DNA of 64,000 nucleotides from NCBI GenBank assembly GCA_963669175.1, contig OY769902.1, positions 4,960,001 through 5,024,000 on the forward strand, read 5' to 3'. Below the pieces are notes generated by a model, which worked only from the letters and a program-made list of their open reading frames with translations, searched no databases and had not been told where the DNA came from. The position numbers were made by a program, and so were the translations under genes. Below, piece by piece: positions 58,563 through 64,000 of this stretch. The stretch is from a bacterium. GTDB lineage: Bacteria > Electryoneota > Electryoneia > Electryoneales > Electryoneaceae. Positions within the stretch are counted from its first letter, which is position 1; each line of letters begins with the position of its first letter.

Positions 58563-60503
58563 ATGATGAATCGACATGTCCTTTTTCCCCTGCTGGCTTT
58601 ACTGTTATTCGCTACTGCAGGTTTTTCCCAGGAAGGTTGGAGTCTTATCGAATCCCCCGTGGATGTTGATCTCAGGGATGTTGATTTTATGCCCTCGGAT
58701 ACGGCTTATGCTGTTGGAGCGAACGGAGTTATTCTTCGTGGATTTGATAATGGATCCAGTTGGATAGAAGAGGAGTATGAGGGACCTGGTTCCAATCTGC
58801 TGGCCTGTGATATGCAGAATTCAGATGCGAACGCATTCACGGCTGTTGGCGAGACAGGTGCAGTGATCAGCTACCCATGGTACGATCTTGACTCGGGGTT
58901 CAATGCAAATTTTCTTGGCGTACTAACCGTTTCCTTTGATTTTATGCTCGTCGTTGGCGAGAATGAAGATGGCCAGCCTGTGTTTGGCACTATTGATAAT
59001 TATATACTGGATCATCTTGAAGAACTTGGCGAAGGCGCCTGGGAAGGTGTTGCAACCAGTATAATCCGTGATTTCAACTCAACGAATCTGCTCGTTACCA
59101 TATCCCATGCCGATGGAACAGGAAGAATCATCCGTTCGGAAGACTACGGCTCAACTTGGAGCACAGTAGCGATTTCAGATCACGGACTGAATAGCGTAGC
59201 CATGTTTTCCAACAACGCGTTTCGTGTTGCTGTTGGTGATTATGGCACAGTGCTGATTTCTGAAGACAATGGCGTACATTGGTCAGAAGTTGATACTCCT
59301 GTTGAAGAAGACCTCCTGGATGTTGCATTCAGCTATTCCCATACACATCAGCATGTGATTCACGCTGTAGGAACGAATGGAACTATTCTCTTTTCGTCCA
59401 ACAGTGGAGCAACCTGGTACCTGCAAGTTTCCAATACTGACAGCGACTTGCATGGAGTAGCCTGCCAGAGTGGGATTGGCCTGATTGTCGGTGATGACGG
59501 CGTTATTTTGCGTACAACAAATACGGGACTCCTGCCGGATACGGACCCCCCAGGAGCTTTTGACATCGCTTCTCCCGCTGTGGGCAGCACCCAGCCTCGA
59601 GATAGTGTTTGCTTCAGTTGGAATACCGCTGTTGATCCGGAAGGGTATCCTGTCTGGTACAATCTTGTTGTTGAATACAATGAAGAAACTCTTGCTTCAC
59701 GTTATGTACGATATGACACAAGCTACGTGATGGATTTTTACGATTTCGATATTCTTCCTGCCGAAGCCTGTAGTTTGAATTGGTCTGTTTACGCTCATGA
59801 CACTGCACACGAAACACTGGTCAATGGGGCGCCAAATCATTTTTTCATTGAGGCAAATGCAGAGCCGCCTACCGATTTCAGCTTGCTTTCTCCATTGGAC
59901 GGTATTGAGGTAAACCGGGAATGGACACGATTTACATGGGAAACCTCCACGGATCCTGAACATGCTGATGTGTATTATGAAATCACAATATCGATAGGCG
60001 AAGGACTGTTAACCGTTTCAGACACAACCTATCGCAACAGCTTCTCTTACAACTTCTGGGCGGTAACCTCACTTCCACATGAACCGGTGCTTGGTTATTG
60101 GAGTGTCGCCGCGTATGATCCACATCATAGCACTTCTGCAAGCAATGATCCGCAGCCATTTGTTTTAAACGAATGGAACGATGTTGAGGAAGAAACACCA
60201 TCCCTGGCTTCCAGTTTTGAGATTGCTGATGTCTGGCCGAATCCCTTCAATCATGAGGTCCGCATCAGGTATTCACTACCGGAGGCTTCACAGGTTAGAC
60301 TGAACATCGTTGACATACTTGGCCGTAATGTAAAAACCCTGGTCGATCAACCGAGTTCGGCCGGTCAACATGAAGTGTTGTGGTCCGGCGACAACCTGAA
60401 TCACACCCGGGTCAGTTCTGGCACTTACCTGGTACATTTGGACGCTGCGACGTCAAACGGGAACCATTATCATTCGATTCAGAAACTGATTCTCGTCAAG
60501 TAA
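58563..60503 (+). CDS. YCF48-like beta-propeller protein with T9SS sorting domain
   Basis: AVGxxG...SxDxGxxW (Asp-box) repeats; DPEG motifs; WPNPFN...GTYLV...QKLILVK. Confidence 0.88.
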   Translation: MMNRHVLFPLLALLLFATAGFSQEGWSLIESPVDVDLRDVDFMPSDTAYAVGANGVILRGFDNGSSWIEEEYEGPGSNLLACDMQNSDANAFTAVGETGAVISYPWYDLDSGFNANFLGVLTVSFDFMLVVGENEDGQPVFGTIDNYILDHLEELGEGAWEGVATSIIRDFNSTNLLVTISHADGTGRIIRSEDYGSTWSTVAISDHGLNSVAMFSNNAFRVAVGDYGTVLISEDNGVHWSEVDTPVEEDLLDVAFSYSHTHQHVIHAVGTNGTILFSSNSGATWYLQVSNTDSDLHGVACQSGIGLIVGDDGVILRTTNTGLLPDTDPPGAFDIASPAVGSTQPRDSVCFSWNTAVDPEGYPVWYNLVVEYNEETLASRYVRYDTSYVMDFYDFDILPAEACSLNWSVYAHDTAHETLVNGAPNHFFIEANAEPPTDFSLLSPLDGIEVNREWTRFTWETSTDPEHADVYYEITISIGEGLLTVSDTTYRNSFSYNFWAVTSLPHEPVLGYWSVAAYDPHHSTSASNDPQPFVLNEWNDVEEETPSLASSFEIADVWPNPFNHEVRIRYSLPEASQVRLNIVDILGRNVKTLVDQPSSAGQHEVLWSGDNLNHTRVSSGTYLVHLDAATSNGNHYHSIQKLILVK

Positions 60504-60516
60504 ACCCTTCAAGTTT

Positions 60517-60554
60517 ACCAGTGACAGATTGATCAGTGTCAATCTGTCACTGGT
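60517..60554 (+). terminator. terminator hairpin
   Basis: ACCAGTGACAGATTGA/TCAATCTGTCACTGGT 16-bp stem. Confidence 0.7.
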
Positions 60555-60663
60555 GGACTTTTCTGCTCTGTTTGCTCCATCTCTTTTATTCCCAATCTTT
60601 ACCCACTGGCAACCAAGTACCCTGACAGGTATATTTAATTGTTACCTGAAAAGTATAGAAATA

Positions 60664-60761
60664 TGCCCTCCTACCTGGATCGGGGGGTAGTATTCGAACC
60701 GGGGATATGCCCGGCCGTCCCGCCAGGAACGTAACCTCCTCCACGTTCCGGCGGGTTTTTT
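60664..60761 (+). ncRNA. candidate structured RNA ending in a terminator with a CCUCCUCC loop
   Basis: Three consecutive hairpins; the last is CCCGCC-A-GGAACGT[AACCTCCTCC]ACGTTCC-GGCGGG-T6. Confidence 0.4.
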
Positions 60762-60853
60762 GTTTCTCCACTGTAGCCCCTGACACGCGCCTGACTTGCG
60801 GCTCTTACAGGAGGGAAGCTATATTCACGGGCAAGAACCCAAGGGAGGCTATC

Positions 60854-62008
60854 ATGGCGAATCGTCGCGCCTGGATTTTCGCGGAAACGACAAAAGAGTA
60901 CGGTACTCTTCATGTAATGCGTGCAGTTGCACTTGCCCAGGCGGCAAAGATTGAAGGTGTTGCGGATATTCATCTTATGGTCAACACCGAAGCTGGTGAT
61001 CTGGTTAAAAAGTTTGACCTGAAAGAAGTTGATGTCCAGGTACTCGGCGACACTTCGTCCCGGGACTCGCTTCGTGATCATATCCTGAAGCAGGTCGCAC
61101 CCTATACTCACCCCAAGGACGACACTCGCCACCCGAAACCGTTGGTTTTCCTCATCACCAATAATTTTGACCTGGACTTGCAACACGAGTTGTTCAAGGA
61201 TGGAATTGAGTTGATCATGGTGCAGGACGGTGACACACCGACTTGGGCTGACTGGTGCATCCTGCCAACTCCTTATGCTTCCGAACTCGACGTTCCGGAC
61301 AAAAACGGGCGCACCAGGATGCTTCGTGGGGCGCATTTTGACATGTTCCGCATCAAGACGATCAAGAACATCCTGAAGCAGCGTAATCATCCCACATACG
61401 CGGCTCATTTCGCCATCTCAACTGAAAACCTCGACGCTGCCAAATGGCTGCCGTTGATCACGAAGACTATTGCCGCCGTAGAAAAGCCTGATTTTGTTAC
61501 CGGCGAATGGGCGCCGAAGCTGACCATTCTTCCCGGCCCCTTCTGCCCGTCCGATGACGAGCTGAAAAAGCTGACCGGAAGTACTGTGCCAGTTGACGTT
61601 CACAACAACCGTTTCGAATACCAGGACATCCTGATGGATGTTGACATGTTGTTCTCGGCGGATAACACTGTGATGGAAGAAGCGCTTGCACTTGGCACAC
61701 CACGCGCCTGTCTGCCGCGAGCCGGTTCGTCCAAAGATCTCATGGCCGATCATATGCAACGCCGCGAACTGTCGATGCGGTTAGAAGCGTTCGACTCGGC
61801 GGATTTCGAACCGGCGTTTCTCAAAGAGCTGCAGCGTTTGATCTTTGATCCGGGCAACCGTCGCGCACTGACACGTAACGGCCAGTATGTTTGCGATGGC
61901 CTTGGCGCTATTCGCAGCATTCGCCAGGTTGTTTTCACGAAGTACACAGACCTGCAACATGTAACACGGTATTTTGAGCTGGGCGACCCGCTCATAGCCA
62001 AGGTCTGA
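60854..62008 (+). CDS. PseG/SpsG-like GT-B fold protein (divergent)
   Basis: GTLHVMRAVALA resembles GxGHxxRxxALA; C-terminal CDGLGAIR; GGAGG RBS. Confidence 0.65.
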   Translation: MANRRAWIFAETTKEYGTLHVMRAVALAQAAKIEGVADIHLMVNTEAGDLVKKFDLKEVDVQVLGDTSSRDSLRDHILKQVAPYTHPKDDTRHPKPLVFLITNNFDLDLQHELFKDGIELIMVQDGDTPTWADWCILPTPYASELDVPDKNGRTRMLRGAHFDMFRIKTIKNILKQRNHPTYAAHFAISTENLDAAKWLPLITKTIAAVEKPDFVTGEWAPKLTILPGPFCPSDDELKKLTGSTVPVDVHNNRFEYQDILMDVDMLFSADNTVMEEALALGTPRACLPRAGSSKDLMADHMQRRELSMRLEAFDSADFEPAFLKELQRLIFDPGNRRALTRNGQYVCDGLGAIRSIRQVVFTKYTDLQHVTRYFELGDPLIAKV

Positions 62009-62144
62009 TAGCTTTAGATAAACATTCTTTCCGGCTGTCCTGGAAAACGGAAATGCTGCCTGTCGCAGGCTTCTGTTTCTGTATTCCAGGGCAGTTTTTT
62101 TTGGGGGGTGTTGTCAGTCTTGAAAATCATGTCGTATTTCAGAT

Positions 62145-62224
62145 AGACACTTGCGTTCAGGCAGACACTTGTGATATGGCAAACACTTGAGATCAAAAGA
62201 CACTGGAGATCAGAAAGACACTGG
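62145..62224. repeat. five short direct repeats with 17-18 bp period
   Basis: A(G/A)ACACT(T/G)G at 62145, 62163, 62181, 62198, 62216. Confidence 0.7.
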
Positions 62225-62308
62225 AGATTATAAAACGCCCGGAAACATGCTGTTCCCGGGCGATTGTTTTCAAAACAGCTCTGCGTTATGCAAAGCTTTC
62301 AGATCAGC

Positions 62309-64000
62309 TTACTTCATCAGGGTCATCTTGCGAACCATGCTGTGCGATCCGCTGGTCATCTTGACGAAGTAAACACCACTGGCCAGGTCGCTGCCATCGA
62401 AGGAGATGGTGTGCTGACCATTGGTCATGGTACGGTTGGCCAGAACGGCAACCTGGCGGCCGAGCACATCGTAAACAGCCAGGTGAACCTTGCCGGTGCG
62501 TTCCAGCGAGAAGGCAATGCTGGTGGTCGGGTTGAACGGGTTCGGGTAGTTCTGCTGCAGGTTGAACTCGTTCGGCATCAGCGGCTCTTCATCATCCACG
62601 CCACCGCGCCAGAAACCTTCTGTGTCTTCCCAGTTATAACCCTGATCATCTGTCCAGTACTGTGTCGAGTCCACATGCAACGGCATGTTCGGCACCCACT
62701 CAGAATAGGACGCGAGCAGGTCGGCCTTGGGAACACGCTGCCAGACAGCATTGTTCTGGGTATAGGCGCCTTCATCCTGACGCGCGTTGCCACCTTCATA
62801 GTCCAGAATGTAGAACAGGTTCAGATATTCACCATCGTTGTTCAACGCGATGGTCGGGGAGCATTCACTGCGAGCATCGCCAGTAGCTGCACCGTTCGCA
62901 TCTGTGCTGTAACGTGTGTTGGTGACGTTTACGCCCTTGGCCCACAAGAGACCATAGTAGTCATCAATGTACGGACTGGCTGCGATATAAACTTCACCAT
63001 TGGCGAAACCGGACTGTGAGTAGTCAAGTTCGTTGACTTCAAGATCAGGATTCATGGAATCCGGGTAGATTACATCAAGTCCCATCTGCTGGTACACCAT
63101 GTACAGGGTTCCATCTTTTGGATCCTGGTACATATTGGGACGGTCAGCGGCGCGATGCCAGCCACCTGGATCGTAGCAATACTGACGACCATCGACAACC
63201 AGGGTAAAGAAATCGCTCGCTTCATCCCAGTGATAAATCCAGGAATACCGTGTGTACAGGCTTCCCTGCAACTGGAAATAACCACAGGTGGTAAAGGCAA
63301 CATGAAGTTTGTCGTTCATGTCAAAATAGGCGTTACAGTCACAGTAGGCACGCAGGGTGTCCCTGTTGGCAGCAGTTGTATCGGGCAGCAGGTCTTCATC
63401 CGGCGGGATGAAGTTGGTCAGGTTCACGTAATCGTTCCAGTTCTCACCACCATCTTCCGAGAGATACAGCCAGATGTCCTGGTTGTACTGGCTCCACTCG
63501 TCCACATCATCCGGGTGTTCCAGATAGTCACGGCTGATCGTAGCGACCACTGCAACACGCTGACCATCTTCCGATACGGCGATGTCTGCGCTGATGTTAC
63601 GCTGATACTCGCAAAGAAGAACCTGGTCATTGATTGTAAACGTGCCATCATCATTATGCACATGACGTGAATAATAGATCGGTTGCGGCAGGACCAGCTC
63701 TTCGTTCGGGTCATCCGGATTCACCGTGGTCACAACATGCATGACGCCATTCTGTGAATCATAGGCTGAACGGGGCCAGTACTGGGGTTCATCACCTTGC
63801 GCCGGAATAGTCTGCTCAATGAATGTTCCCGGGAAGACATCCCACTCATGTGCGAGAATGGTGCCCATGTTGTCACCATCATTGCCGCCATGATAAACCG
63901 GGAAACCAAGGTGATTGGTTGCATCGAAGCCCAAGGTTACGTAGGCAGCTACGGTACCGGCATCAACCGTGTAACCGTTCTGTATTTCATACTGCATAGC
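62309..64000 (-). CDS. secreted protein with T9SS type A sorting domain (5' end outside the window)
   Basis: Open frame to the window end; SEDGGENW Asp-box; QNYPNPFNP...SGVYFV...RKMTLMK. Confidence 0.88.
   Translation of the reverse strand, partial: AMQYEIQNGYTVDAGTVAAYVTLGFDATNHLGFPVYHGGNDGDNMGTILAHEWDVFPGTFIEQTIPAQGDEPQYWPRSAYDSQNGVMHVVTTVNPDDPNEELVLPQPIYYSRHVHNDDGTFTINDQVLLCEYQRNISADIAVSEDGQRVAVVATISRDYLEHPDDVDEWSQYNQDIWLYLSEDGGENWNDYVNLTNFIPPDEDLLPDTTAANRDTLRAYCDCNAYFDMNDKLHVAFTTCGYFQLQGSLYTRYSWIYHWDEASDFFTLVVDGRQYCYDPGGWHRAADRPNMYQDPKDGTLYMVYQQMGLDVIYPDSMNPDLEVNELDYSQSGFANGEVYIAASPYIDDYYGLLWAKGVNVTNTRYSTDANGAATGDARSECSPTIALNNDGEYLNLFYILDYEGGNARQDEGAYTQNNAVWQRVPKADLLASYSEWVPNMPLHVDSTQYWTDDQGYNWEDTEGFWRGGVDDEEPLMPNEFNLQQNYPNPFNPTTSIAFSLERTGKVHLAVYDVLGRQVAVLANRTMTNGQHTISFDGSDLASGVYFVKMTSGSHSMVRKMTLMK

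Noticed and set aside
62145-62224. Possible CRISPR array
   Set aside because: Repeats are 9 bp with 8-9 bp spacers, far below CRISPR dimensions, and there are no cas genes in the window.

Overview
64-kb bacterial chromosome segment of about 50% GC. Many secreted proteins end in a T9SS-type C-terminal domain ([YW]PNP[FSY]N...K-hydrophobic), which points to an FCB-superphylum lineage; this placement is inference. Coding content is mostly housekeeping and envelope genes (cbpA/dnaJ fragment, wza-wzc, RlmD-like methylase, acpS, coaX, birA, accD, rimI, folP, tRNA-Arg(CCT)). There is also a thiol-redox cluster built around an ECF sigma/zinc anti-sigma pair, an orphan beta-propeller histidine kinase, a complete IS630 with a programmed frameshift, and a Y1 (TnpA/RAYT-like) transposase flanked by REP-like hairpins. 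The most unusual signal is non-coding. Intergenic gaps hold at least five families of inverted-doublet hairpin elements with conserved loops and spacers but covarying stems. Two are enclosed by CTAG-ended terminal inverted repeats like those of the resident IS630, and one of these carries the same hairpins that flank the Y1 transposase, suggesting IS630-type MITEs that carry REP/ERIC-like cargo. Other leads are a shared sigma54-like promoter before two FlgM-like orphan microproteins, a shared ECF promoter motif, a candidate anti-Shine-Dalgarno RNA, a SLOG/AbiGi-like fusion beside the tRNA, and a POT transporter with large insertions. No CRISPR, rRNA or prophage was found.
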